Virus record (IMG/VR): IMGVR_UViG_3300031841_004526
Reading direction: 5' to 3' (one strand)
DNA length: 64,000 bases
From: an uncultured virus (IMG/VR IMGVR_UViG_3300031841_004526)
Lineage: Duplodnaviria > Heunggongvirae > Uroviricota > Caudoviricetes
Part shown: positions 7,561 to 16,214 of the stretch, piece by piece
How the letters are laid out: the number at the start of each line of letters is the position of its first letter
Numbering within the stretch: position 1 is the first letter of the stretch
Notes under the pieces: generated by a model
Seen by the model: the letters and a program-made list of their open reading frames with translations, nothing else
Told to the model about the DNA's origin: nothing
Databases searched by the model: none
Program-made: the position numbers and the translations under genes

Positions 7561-9759
7561 ATGACAAAAAAATATCCCAAAAGTGACGCTATCAAAGACG
7601 CAGAGCCCTACATACCAGAAGAAGCCTACATATTGTGGGGAGACGATTCAGCGTCCAAAGAAGCCGCACAAAAAGCATCAGCAGGAGCTTTAGATGAATA
7701 CACAGCTGTTGGCAGCAAAACTGTTGCTCATTCTAGATATCGTACCGATTTCTCTAATCTGGATACTAATACCTCTGGTCGCCCAGGTTTAACTAGATCA
7801 GATTACGACTTTTTTCGACCTGATGAAGCTGTGCCAAAGCGTGTTAAAAATATCATGCTTAAGGCTGAAGATATTTATCAGCGCGTTGGATTGGTGAAAA
7901 ATGTTATTGATCTAATGGGTGATTTTGCTACACAAGGTATTCGTATAGTACATCGAAATAAAAAAGTTGAAAGATTTTATCAGAGATGGTTTCAAAAGAT
8001 TGGTGGTAAAGATCGTAGCGAAAGATTTGTAAATAATCTTTATAAGACTGGAAATGTAATTGTTAATAGACAAATTGGAAAGATCTCTAAGAAAGTTGAA
8101 CAAAATATGTACAAGGCACTATCAGCTAGTAATGCTGATTTTGTTGTAGTGCCAGAACCAGCTGTAGCTAAAAAAGAAATCCCTTGGAAATACACTTTTA
8201 TCAATCCTGTTTATGTAGATGTAGCAGCAGGCTCATTGGCTTCTTTTGTAACAGATAAAAGATACGAGCTTGTTCTACCAGCGAGCTTACGCAAAACAAT
8301 AAACTCACCGAAAAACGAGGCAGAGGTACAGATCATCTCGCAGTTGCCAGATGCTATTATAGAGGCAGCTAAAAGCAAAAAGAAATACCCTCTTGACCCG
8401 AGTAAGACATTGGTTTTTCATTACAAGAAAGACGATTGGCAAAGTTGGGCATATCCTATGATATATGCAATTATGGATGACATAACAGTTATTGAAAAGT
8501 TGAAACTTGCAGATATGTCAGCTTTGGATGGAGCTATTTCCAATATTAGAATTTTCAAGTTAGGTAATTTGGAGCATAAGATAGCACCAACTAGAGCTGC
8601 AACATCTAAATTGGCTCAGATTCTCGGTAATAATGTTGGTGGTGGAACGATGGATTTAGTTTGGGGTCCCGACATAGAATTACTAGAAAGTAAGACTAAT
8701 GTGCATCAATTCTTGGGCGAAGCTAAGTACATTCCTCACTTAAACGCAGTGTATGCAGGATTAGGAATTCCGCCAACATTAACCGGGACATTTGGTGCAG
8801 CAGGCACGACTAATAATTTTATTAGCTTAAAAACACTAACCCAAAGATTGCAGTATGGTCGTGATGTATTAGTTAGCTTCTGGGAAAAAGAAATTGAATT
8901 AGTACAAAAGGCTATGGGTTTTACATATCCAGCAAAGATCGAATTTGACCGTATGGACCTCAGTAATGAAGAAGCAGAAAAATCATTACTTATTCAGTTG
9001 GCAGATAGAAATATCGTGAGCGACGAAATGATCAGATCTAGATTTGGATTTGATCCAGATATGGAAAAGACCAGGGTAAACAAAGAACATCGTGACCATA
9101 AGAAGATTAATAATCCGCCAAAGGTTGGCCCATATCACGATGGTAATTTTGAAAATAATATTAAGAAAATTGGTCTACAGATGGGTATGTTAACACCTAG
9201 TGAAGTTGGCGTTGAATTGATGGAGAAAGATCCAAAACAGAAAAATTTGATGCAGTTAAAAAATCAATATGAAGCCAAGAAAGAAACCAAGGCTCCACAA
9301 GACTCTAAACCGCCAGGACAATCTGGTGAAGGACGTCCGATGAATTCTAAGGATACCGAAAAAAGAAAAGAAAAAGAATTTGCTCCACAAACTGGCGCTA
9401 GTTTATCTATCTGGGCTACAAAAGCACAGGAATTAATTTCAGAAATTGTTAACCCCATAATGTTAGACTTTTACTCCAAGAAAAACCTAAGAAGTTTATC
9501 CAACACAGAATCTGCAGAATTAGAAGAAATCAAAGCTAAGATACTATTTAACATTAAACCATATTCAACTATTGATTCTGATAGCATAGAAACCATTTTG
9601 GCTACTATTAATAGCAAGGCGAACTGCGAACTTATGCATCACTATAAAAAGTGGCAAAAATCTATTCAAGAAGATTTGTCTTATGCTATGTCTCTAGATG
9701 AGCAGAAGCAAGCTAAGGCATCTTTTTATTCTATGGTGTATACAATCCTACATCAATAA
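7561..9759 (+). CDS. portal protein
   Basis: Position between terL and the protease; size; GLGIPPTL segment typical of portals. Confidence 0.8.
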   Translation: MTKKYPKSDAIKDAEPYIPEEAYILWGDDSASKEAAQKASAGALDEYTAVGSKTVAHSRYRTDFSNLDTNTSGRPGLTRSDYDFFRPDEAVPKRVKNIMLKAEDIYQRVGLVKNVIDLMGDFATQGIRIVHRNKKVERFYQRWFQKIGGKDRSERFVNNLYKTGNVIVNRQIGKISKKVEQNMYKALSASNADFVVVPEPAVAKKEIPWKYTFINPVYVDVAAGSLASFVTDKRYELVLPASLRKTINSPKNEAEVQIISQLPDAIIEAAKSKKKYPLDPSKTLVFHYKKDDWQSWAYPMIYAIMDDITVIEKLKLADMSALDGAISNIRIFKLGNLEHKIAPTRAATSKLAQILGNNVGGGTMDLVWGPDIELLESKTNVHQFLGEAKYIPHLNAVYAGLGIPPTLTGTFGAAGTTNNFISLKTLTQRLQYGRDVLVSFWEKEIELVQKAMGFTYPAKIEFDRMDLSNEEAEKSLLIQLADRNIVSDEMIRSRFGFDPDMEKTRVNKEHRDHKKINNPPKVGPYHDGNFENNIKKIGLQMGMLTPSEVGVELMEKDPKQKNLMQLKNQYEAKKETKAPQDSKPPGQSGEGRPMNSKDTEKRKEKEFAPQTGASLSIWATKAQELISEIVNPIMLDFYSKKNLRSLSNTESAELEEIKAKILFNIKPYSTIDSDSIETILATINSKANCELMHHYKKWQKSIQEDLSYAMSLDEQKQAKASFYSMVYTILHQ
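9735..9742 (+). promoter_or_regulatory. putative late promoter motif GGTGTATA
   Basis: About 30 nt before the protease ATG. Confidence 0.55.
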
Positions 9760-9770
9760 AAGGGTAAAAT

Positions 9771-11300
9771 ATGAAAATATACAAACAAGAAATTGCTGAT
9801 GGTATTGACGGACTTATTACTAGTCAAGCATCCGTTACGTATGCATCAGTAGCAGAACCTTGTTCTGACAAATCAAAGTTTGACCTGAGCAATATCAAGA
9901 GTGTTGCTTCCATAGATGATAAAGACTTATATTATGTTCAGTCTATTTTGGTAAGCTCTAGCTGGAATAAAAATGATGATATTTTTGATAAAGCAGAAAT
10001 ATGGAAAGCTAAAAATACTCCAGAAGACAAACCTACTAATTTAGAGCACGATGAAAGCTTAATTATAGGTCATATTACCTCAAACTATCCTATCGATGAG
10101 AACGGGGAGATTATTCCTGTAGATACTCCGATAGAAGAACTTCCAGACAAATACCATATTCTTACTGGCTCGGTAATATATAGAGCTTTTACTAAACCTG
10201 ATATGAAAGATATGTCAGACAGACTTGTTGCTGAAATTGAAAATGGCACAAAATATGTTAGTATGGAATGTTATTTTAATAATTTTGACTACGGCCTCAG
10301 AAATGTTGAGACCGGAGAATATAAAGTTTTAGCTAGGGAAGAAGACACATCTCATTTAACAAAACACTTAAGAGCTTATGGTGGTACTGGCGAACACGAG
10401 GGTTATACCATAGGCAGAGTCTTAAGAAATATTACTTTTAGTGGCAAAGGTTTTGTTGACAAACCGGCCAATGTTGATAGTATAATATTTAGCAAAACTA
10501 TGATTGATAATTTTTTGGAAGAGAAAAAATCGGATTTTGAAAAAAAGGGTGTAATAGACAATAAGCCGTTTTCTAAGTCGGAGACCAATATTATGAATTT
10601 AGAAGATACGATAGAAAAAATTAACACTAAATTAGACACAGTTTTAACCTCAGAGGCTTTTCAGTCTACTTACACAAAAGCTAGTGATCTTGAGACCAAA
10701 GTTGCTGAATTAGAATCTTCAGCTACCGAAGCTCAAACATCTTTTGATGAAAAGTATTCTGCTCTTGAAGCTGCCATGAAGGATAAAGAAGAAGAAATGA
10801 AAAAGAAGGAAGAAATGCTTGGTAAAGCAGAAGAAGAGAAGACAGCACTTCAAGAAGCTCTTGATGCTGCCAACGAAGTTCTTGCTGGATACAAGCAAAA
10901 AGAAGAAGAAATGGCAAAAAAAGAGAAGATGATGAAAAGAATGGCTTCTCTAATTGAGGCTGGTCTAGATAATGATGCCGCATCAGCTGCTGTTGAAAAG
11001 TTTGATAGCATTGATGATGATTCTTTTGATGCTTTTACCTCGCTCTTGGCAGCTATGAAGCCAGCTAAGAAAAAGGTTGAAGAAGAAAAAGAAGAAGCAT
11101 CTGAAGAGACCACCGAAGTTTCTTCGGATGTAGAAGAAAAAGCAGAAGAGGAGTCAGTTGCTGACGCTTCAGATCTCGAAAACGTAGAGGTTGAACCAGA
11201 GGTTAGCCTTGCCGTTAGCGATGAAGAAGAAGCACCAGCTATCGAAACTACTCGTGCAGCTTTAGTTGATTTTGTTAAGTCTAGACTTCAAACCAAGTAA
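9771..11300 (+). CDS. prohead protease fused to an acidic coiled-coil scaffold
   Basis: N.NDD.F...NLEH...IGH...VSMEC...F.G.GFV..PA pattern, then an E/K-rich coil. Confidence 0.8.
   Translation: MKIYKQEIADGIDGLITSQASVTYASVAEPCSDKSKFDLSNIKSVASIDDKDLYYVQSILVSSSWNKNDDIFDKAEIWKAKNTPEDKPTNLEHDESLIIGHITSNYPIDENGEIIPVDTPIEELPDKYHILTGSVIYRAFTKPDMKDMSDRLVAEIENGTKYVSMECYFNNFDYGLRNVETGEYKVLAREEDTSHLTKHLRAYGGTGEHEGYTIGRVLRNITFSGKGFVDKPANVDSIIFSKTMIDNFLEEKKSDFEKKGVIDNKPFSKSETNIMNLEDTIEKINTKLDTVLTSEAFQSTYTKASDLETKVAELESSATEAQTSFDEKYSALEAAMKDKEEEMKKKEEMLGKAEEEKTALQEALDAANEVLAGYKQKEEEMAKKEKMMKRMASLIEAGLDNDAASAAVEKFDSIDDDSFDAFTSLLAAMKPAKKKVEEEKEEASEETTEVSSDVEEKAEEESVADASDLENVEVEPEVSLAVSDEEEAPAIETTRAALVDFVKSRLQTK
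10593..11300 (+). CDS. putative nested scaffold protein from an in-frame internal start
   Basis: GGTGTAATA at 10548, GGAG at 10580, in-frame ATG at 10593 at the domain boundary. Confidence 0.5.
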   Translation: MNLEDTIEKINTKLDTVLTSEAFQSTYTKASDLETKVAELESSATEAQTSFDEKYSALEAAMKDKEEEMKKKEEMLGKAEEEKTALQEALDAANEVLAGYKQKEEEMAKKEKMMKRMASLIEAGLDNDAASAAVEKFDSIDDDSFDAFTSLLAAMKPAKKKVEEEKEEASEETTEVSSDVEEKAEEESVADASDLENVEVEPEVSLAVSDEEEAPAIETTRAALVDFVKSRLQTK

Positions 11301-11326
11301 TTTAATTTAGTATAGGGAGAAAAAAC

Positions 11327-11785
11327 ATGGCTCTTAAACCAGATCGTATAGAATCTCAAACAGATATCTCTTTCTTTATGAATGCTGTCGCTGAGCGCGG
11401 TGGTGTTGTATCGGTTCTTACCGGTGGATCCGGAGTTGCAATGGATGACGGTAATGCTGTTGTTGAATATGCAAGTACCGCTTCCGGTTCTTTACCAGTC
11501 GGTTTGCTTCTTAATGATGTTCAGAATTATGACCTCACTAAGCAGCATATCAACTGGCACAAAGATGAAGTGCAAGTTGGTTCGAAAGTCACTGTCTTGC
11601 GTCAAGGTCAAGTGACTACCGACGTTATTGCTACAGGTGTTAATCCATCTGCTGGTCAAGCTGCCTATCTCGCTGATGGCGGTGAACTTAGTAGTAGTCA
11701 ATGTGCTGGCTGTCCACAAGTTGGTCAGTGGCTGAGTGGCAAAGACGCCGATGGTTTCGCCAAAGTATCTATCAACATAACTTGA
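11327..11785 (+). CDS. capsid decoration/cement protein
   Basis: Small Gly-rich beta protein directly before the major capsid gene. Confidence 0.65.
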   Translation: MALKPDRIESQTDISFFMNAVAERGGVVSVLTGGSGVAMDDGNAVVEYASTASGSLPVGLLLNDVQNYDLTKQHINWHKDEVQVGSKVTVLRQGQVTTDVIATGVNPSAGQAAYLADGGELSSSQCAGCPQVGQWLSGKDADGFAKVSINIT

Positions 11786-11813
11786 ATTTAATAACAAAGA
11801 GGGAGAATAAATT

Positions 11814-12830
11814 ATGTCATCAGTTCAATCTAAAGCTTTTACTCCGACACCAGAACTTACCGATCTTTTGATCAAATCTGGTTCACAGCAAAAAGAGATT
11901 TCTCTTGCTGCTAATGCTGAATTTGCTAAGGCTCTCGAACAACCTCTTCGTCAGGGTGTTCTTAGCGGAAATGTCCTCGACGGCATTTTTGAGCCAATTC
12001 AGTTAAGCCAAGGTGCAACTCCAGAATTTCCATTGGATTTTCTTGCTCCTGGTACTGAAAAGGACTTTGTGGCCTATACCATTCCTAATCACGGATATAT
12101 TCCAGAGCGTCACGTCGAAGGCGATTATGTCATGGTTCCAACCTATGATATCGGTTCTTCGATTGACTATCTCTTAAAGTATGCTCGTGATGCTCGTTGG
12201 GATGTTGTTGGTCGTGCAATGGAAGTTCTTGAAGCTTCTTTTGTTAAGAAGATGAATGACGATGGTTGGCACACCTTGCTTTCAGCTGGTGTTGACCGTA
12301 ACATTGTTGTTTATGATAGCGATGCTGCTGTTGGTCAGTTCACCAAGCGTCTTGTTAGTCTTATGAAGACTGTCATGCGTCGTAATGGTGGCGGTAACAG
12401 TGCTAGCAATAACAGAGGTCAACTTACTGACCTTTATGTTTCTCCAGAAGCTATGGAAGACCTTCGCAACTGGGGTATTGATCAGGTTGATGAAGTTACT
12501 CGTCGTGAGATTTATGTTGCTGACGATGGTAGCGGAGTTGTCAATCGTGTGTTCGGTGTGAACTTGCACGATCTTGATGAACTCGGTGAGGGTCAAGAAT
12601 ATCAATTATTCTACAGCGATGTTCTCGGTGGCACTCTTGATAGTGATGCTGAACTCGTTGTGGGTCTTGATCTTCGCAAACGCGATAGCTTCATCATGCC
12701 AGTTCGTGAGGGTGTCCAAATCTTTGAAGACGATACTCTTCATCGTCAAAAGAGAGCCGGATTCTACGGATGGGCAGAACAGGGCTTTGCTGTCCTTGAT
12801 AACCGCAGAGTTATTCTCGGATCTCTCTAA
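11814..12830 (+). CDS. major capsid protein (probably HK97 fold)
   Basis: 338 aa, strong GGGAG RBS, position, followed by a terminator. Confidence 0.85.
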   Translation: MSSVQSKAFTPTPELTDLLIKSGSQQKEISLAANAEFAKALEQPLRQGVLSGNVLDGIFEPIQLSQGATPEFPLDFLAPGTEKDFVAYTIPNHGYIPERHVEGDYVMVPTYDIGSSIDYLLKYARDARWDVVGRAMEVLEASFVKKMNDDGWHTLLSAGVDRNIVVYDSDAAVGQFTKRLVSLMKTVMRRNGGGNSASNNRGQLTDLYVSPEAMEDLRNWGIDQVDEVTRREIYVADDGSGVVNRVFGVNLHDLDELGEGQEYQLFYSDVLGGTLDSDAELVVGLDLRKRDSFIMPVREGVQIFEDDTLHRQKRAGFYGWAEQGFAVLDNRRVILGSL

Positions 12831-12855
12831 TAGCTCTCAACTGTTATTGCTTTAT

Positions 12856-12886
12856 AAGGGCTGGCCTAAAAACCAGCCCTTTTTTT
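12856..12886 (+). terminator. rho-independent terminator
   Basis: AAGGGCTGG-loop-CCAGCCCTT followed by a T-run. Confidence 0.85.
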
Positions 12887-12894
12887 ATGATATA

Positions 12895-12901
12895 GGTGTA
12901 T
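12895..12901 (+). promoter_or_regulatory. putative late promoter motif GGTGTAT
   Basis: Immediately after the capsid terminator. Confidence 0.55.
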
Positions 12902-12932
12902 CTAACAGTATACATCGCGCACGAGGTACCAT

Positions 12933-13340
12933 ATGGCTGCTACTCAATACGATTTTAAAATCGAACAAGGATCCTCCTTCAGAATGTCTTTAATCTATAA
13001 AGATTCTGATGGTAACCCTATTGACTTAACGAATTATTGTGCCAGATTAGTTTGGAAAACCAATACCAATAAAACTCAATCTTTTACCACCGAAAATGTA
13101 GATTTTACCAAATATAAATTTTACATTGAAAGTGCTGTCGATGGTAAATTAACTTTATTATTTCCAGCCAATACGACCAATGCCTTCGACTTCACATCTG
13201 CAAAATACGACTTAGAATTACAAGATAAAAATTCTCAACTGTATACCGGTGGCGGAGCAGAAACATTTCGTATACTTTTTGGCAATATTAACATAGTAAA
13301 ACGATATAGTAAATCTACCGAACTATTGGATTGTGACTAA
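12933..13340 (+). CDS. virion structural protein (Ig/BppU-like beta sandwich)
   Basis: IEQGSSF...PIDLT...YDLEL pattern. Confidence 0.6.
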   Translation: MAATQYDFKIEQGSSFRMSLIYKDSDGNPIDLTNYCARLVWKTNTNKTQSFTTENVDFTKYKFYIESAVDGKLTLLFPANTTNAFDFTSAKYDLELQDKNSQLYTGGGAETFRILFGNINIVKRYSKSTELLDCD

Positions 13341-13696
13341 TGGCTTTTTCAGTAGAAGTTTTACCAGAATTAACCAATATTATCTCGATAGAGACTACAT
13401 TTACCAATACCATAGAAACAGATATAGATGCTATAGAATCTAATAAGCAAACACTGGAGATAATTAACAACAACTATAATAATGATATTGAATATACCAA
13501 AAATATAATTGACATAGAAACCACAAACGTTGATACTACAACCAATTATATTGATATTGAGATATACGACACTTACGCATTAGAAATCGTAACAGATACC
13601 ACCTTAATGAGCAATATACACTATTCCAGAGTAGATGGATTAGCAGATTTTATAGATTCACGAATACCAAACGCATTCGACTGCGGAACACCATAA
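13340..13696 (+). CDS. hypothetical virion protein, ends DCGTP
   Basis: Coupled ORF; C-terminus resembles DGGTP of the next gene. Confidence 0.55.
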   Translation: MAFSVEVLPELTNIISIETTFTNTIETDIDAIESNKQTLEIINNNYNNDIEYTKNIIDIETTNVDTTTNYIDIEIYDTYALEIVTDTTLMSNIHYSRVDGLADFIDSRIPNAFDCGTP

Positions 13697-13708
13697 TAGG
13701 AGCTTAAA

Positions 13709-14950
13709 ATGCCAAGAGATACATTAATACAGGTTAGAAGAGGTACATTATCTCAGTGGAATATTGTTAATCCTACATTACAAGATGGTGAAATTGGCTT
13801 TATTACTGATTCCTGTCAATTAGTTATTGGTGATGGCCTAACAGACTTTAGTGGTGTTTATAGCGCGGGTTGTGTGATTGGTAGTGGCGGTGGCGGTGGC
13901 GGCGGTGGAGGCACCATCAATGATAGCTTCAAATATATTAACGTTTCTGGTCAGGATTTAATTGTAGCTAGTGGTGAGGCTACTTTAAATCTATTAGCCG
14001 GTCACGGCGTTAATATAGGCTCTGTAGCGGCTACTGATACCATTACCTTTTCTGTAAGCGGATTGGTTGCTGCAGACATTACAGACTTTGATACAGCTGT
14101 AGTAGATGCTATTGATACAGATCTAAGGGCTGGGGATAATATTGTTTTAACTTATGATGTCATTAATGATGATCTATATATTAATGCTACCGGAGTTGTA
14201 ACACACAATGCGGATGGCGATGTATACATTGAAGGAGACTTAAGCGTTGCTGGCAACTTTAATGTTGCTGGATCTAGCACAGTATTTAATAGTACCAATG
14301 TTAATATTGGTGACAACATTATTACTCTTAATATTGTTGATGTAGTACCTAGTGGTGGTATTCTTATTGTTAGATCAGGAATTGAACCTACTGGTTATGC
14401 CTCTTTGTTGTGGCAGGAAAATAATAGCAGGTGGGAATTAAGCTCTGGTGTTTATTCTCCTATTGTATATGCAGACACAATTAATGCTACCACAATCAAC
14501 GGCTTTTTAGAAGGTACGGCAGCTTGCGCAAATACTATTAATATTAGTGGTATTGATTTAGGCGGTCAGGTCAATGGCCTTCTTCTAACAAATGTTATAG
14601 ATAGTGGTTGCCAAACTGTAGTGGCCGATACCAGTTTAGTTTATGATGCTAGTGGCCAAGTATTATCTGCTACATATTTTAGTGGACAATTATTAGGTTA
14701 TGCCAATAATGCATATAGAGTAGATGCAGTTGAAACATCACAGAATCTTAACTATAATATTGTATTGGTAGAACAACCTGGGTCTGGAGTATACCTATTT
14801 GCTGACGGTAGCGGCTTATATTACAATCCAAGCACTAATTTATTGCATGTTCCTATTATATCTGGTGCCCCTTCATCTGCAAATATTAATGATTATATTA
14901 TTCAGAACTATACAATAAAATTCTCCAAGATCGACGGAGGAACTCCATAA
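13709..14950 (+). CDS. fibre protein with an Mtd-N-like N-terminal domain
   Basis: IQVRRGT..QW...NP.L..GEIG....IGDG. Confidence 0.7.
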   Translation: MPRDTLIQVRRGTLSQWNIVNPTLQDGEIGFITDSCQLVIGDGLTDFSGVYSAGCVIGSGGGGGGGGGTINDSFKYINVSGQDLIVASGEATLNLLAGHGVNIGSVAATDTITFSVSGLVAADITDFDTAVVDAIDTDLRAGDNIVLTYDVINDDLYINATGVVTHNADGDVYIEGDLSVAGNFNVAGSSTVFNSTNVNIGDNIITLNIVDVVPSGGILIVRSGIEPTGYASLLWQENNSRWELSSGVYSPIVYADTINATTINGFLEGTAACANTINISGIDLGGQVNGLLLTNVIDSGCQTVVADTSLVYDASGQVLSATYFSGQLLGYANNAYRVDAVETSQNLNYNIVLVEQPGSGVYLFADGSGLYYNPSTNLLHVPIISGAPSSANINDYIIQNYTIKFSKIDGGTP

Positions 14951-14960
14951 GGAAGTTTAG

Positions 14961-15530
14961 ATGCCGAGGAATAACGAAATACAGTTTCGTAGAGGAACTG
15001 TAACAGAATGGAACACCATTGATCCTATACTAGCCAGTGGTGAACCTGCATTTAATTTAACAAACTATAGCCTAAAAATAGGTGACGGTGAAAAGGAATG
15101 GTCTTTATTGCCAGAAATTGGCGGTACTGACATATATCTTTCTGGAGTTTCTTTTGACAATAATACTAGAAATTTAACATTTACTTGGAATTCCACACTA
15201 TCAGACTTAACGGTTAATATTCCTGGTGGTAGTGGCGGCACGACAGGAAACACCTTAGCTTACCAAAATATCAACACAAATACCACACTTTCCTATAATG
15301 ACCATTTGATATTCGTTGATACCAGCTCTAATAGTGTAGATATTCAGCTACCATTAGCATCTGGCTATGGAGGTACACAATTTATTTTAAAGCAAAAAAC
15401 TGGGAATAATCCTATTAATATATTACCTAGCGGCAATGAAACCATAGATGATCAGTCACAATATCAAATATTTTATAGTAAGAATTCAATCAGTGTAGTT
15501 TCCGATAATAGTAATTGGTATATTGTTTAG
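14961..15530 (+). CDS. fibre protein with an Mtd-N-like N-terminal domain
   Basis: IQFRRGT..EW...DP.LA.GE....KIGDG...W; C-terminal LP.A...SD...WYIV domain. Confidence 0.7.
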   Translation: MPRNNEIQFRRGTVTEWNTIDPILASGEPAFNLTNYSLKIGDGEKEWSLLPEIGGTDIYLSGVSFDNNTRNLTFTWNSTLSDLTVNIPGGSGGTTGNTLAYQNINTNTTLSYNDHLIFVDTSSNSVDIQLPLASGYGGTQFILKQKTGNNPINILPSGNETIDDQSQYQIFYSKNSISVVSDNSNWYIV

Positions 15531-15537
15531 TGTATAA
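15529..15537 (+). promoter_or_regulatory. putative late promoter motif AGTGTATAA
   Basis: Start of the intergenic gap before 15583. Confidence 0.55.
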
Positions 15538-15582
15538 AATACTAAGCTTAAGCTTTATTTTGCAAAAAAAAAGGGGTAAATT

Positions 15583-16185
15583 ATGGCATATCGCACAATA
15601 GATGAAAATAGAGTACCATCAGGAATTGTGTTTTTTGGACCTACTGCAGCTGATCAAACTTTTGAGTCGAATAGCAGTCTTATTTTTGATAGTGGAACAG
15701 AAACACTATATGTAAACAATTTAAATATTGATGGCGCTTTGACTGGCGCAGGAGGCAGTATTAATGTTTCCGGAGATACTGGCACTTCCGAAGTTGTAAC
15801 TCTTGGAGATACATTAAAAATTTTTGGCGGAAATGGCATCTCAACACTTAGTTCTGCAACAGATACTATAACCATTAGTTTGGTTGATGGTGGTGTTACA
15901 GAAGACAAGATTAGTCGTAGTGTTGGCACATATAACGCTACAGCCAGTATTACTCACGACATTGCTTTAGCAACAGCAGGAGCTGGTGGTATTACTTTAA
16001 CGTTACCAACAGCTGCTAGTGGTTTAATGACAGTGGTTAAAAAAGTTGATGCCGCAGAAGGCGTAGTCACTGTCGTTGGAGGTGGCTCCGCTGAAGTTGA
16101 TGGTTCTGTTGGGGGTAAGAGTTTATATTACCAATGGGAGACTATGACTTTCGTTAGTGATAGCACAGATTGGTATGTGATCTGA
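15583..16185 (+). CDS. fibre-associated structural protein
   Basis: C-terminal domain paralogous to 14961..15530 (TLP.A...VSD...WYVI). Confidence 0.6.
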   Translation: MAYRTIDENRVPSGIVFFGPTAADQTFESNSSLIFDSGTETLYVNNLNIDGALTGAGGSINVSGDTGTSEVVTLGDTLKIFGGNGISTLSSATDTITISLVDGGVTEDKISRSVGTYNATASITHDIALATAGAGGITLTLPTAASGLMTVVKKVDAAEGVVTVVGGGSAEVDGSVGGKSLYYQWETMTFVSDSTDWYVI

Positions 16186-16214
16186 TAAATTAATTTAGGA
16201 AATTTTAGGAACGT

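Noticed and set aside
13883..13912. GGC/GGT trinucleotide run as a contingency repeat
   Set aside because: Encodes an ordinary poly-Gly linker with mixed codons
13709..15530. Diversity-generating retroelement suggested by the Mtd-N-like domains
   Set aside because: No reverse transcriptase and no adenine-mismatched TR/VR pair seen in the window; Mtd-N is only a structural anchor
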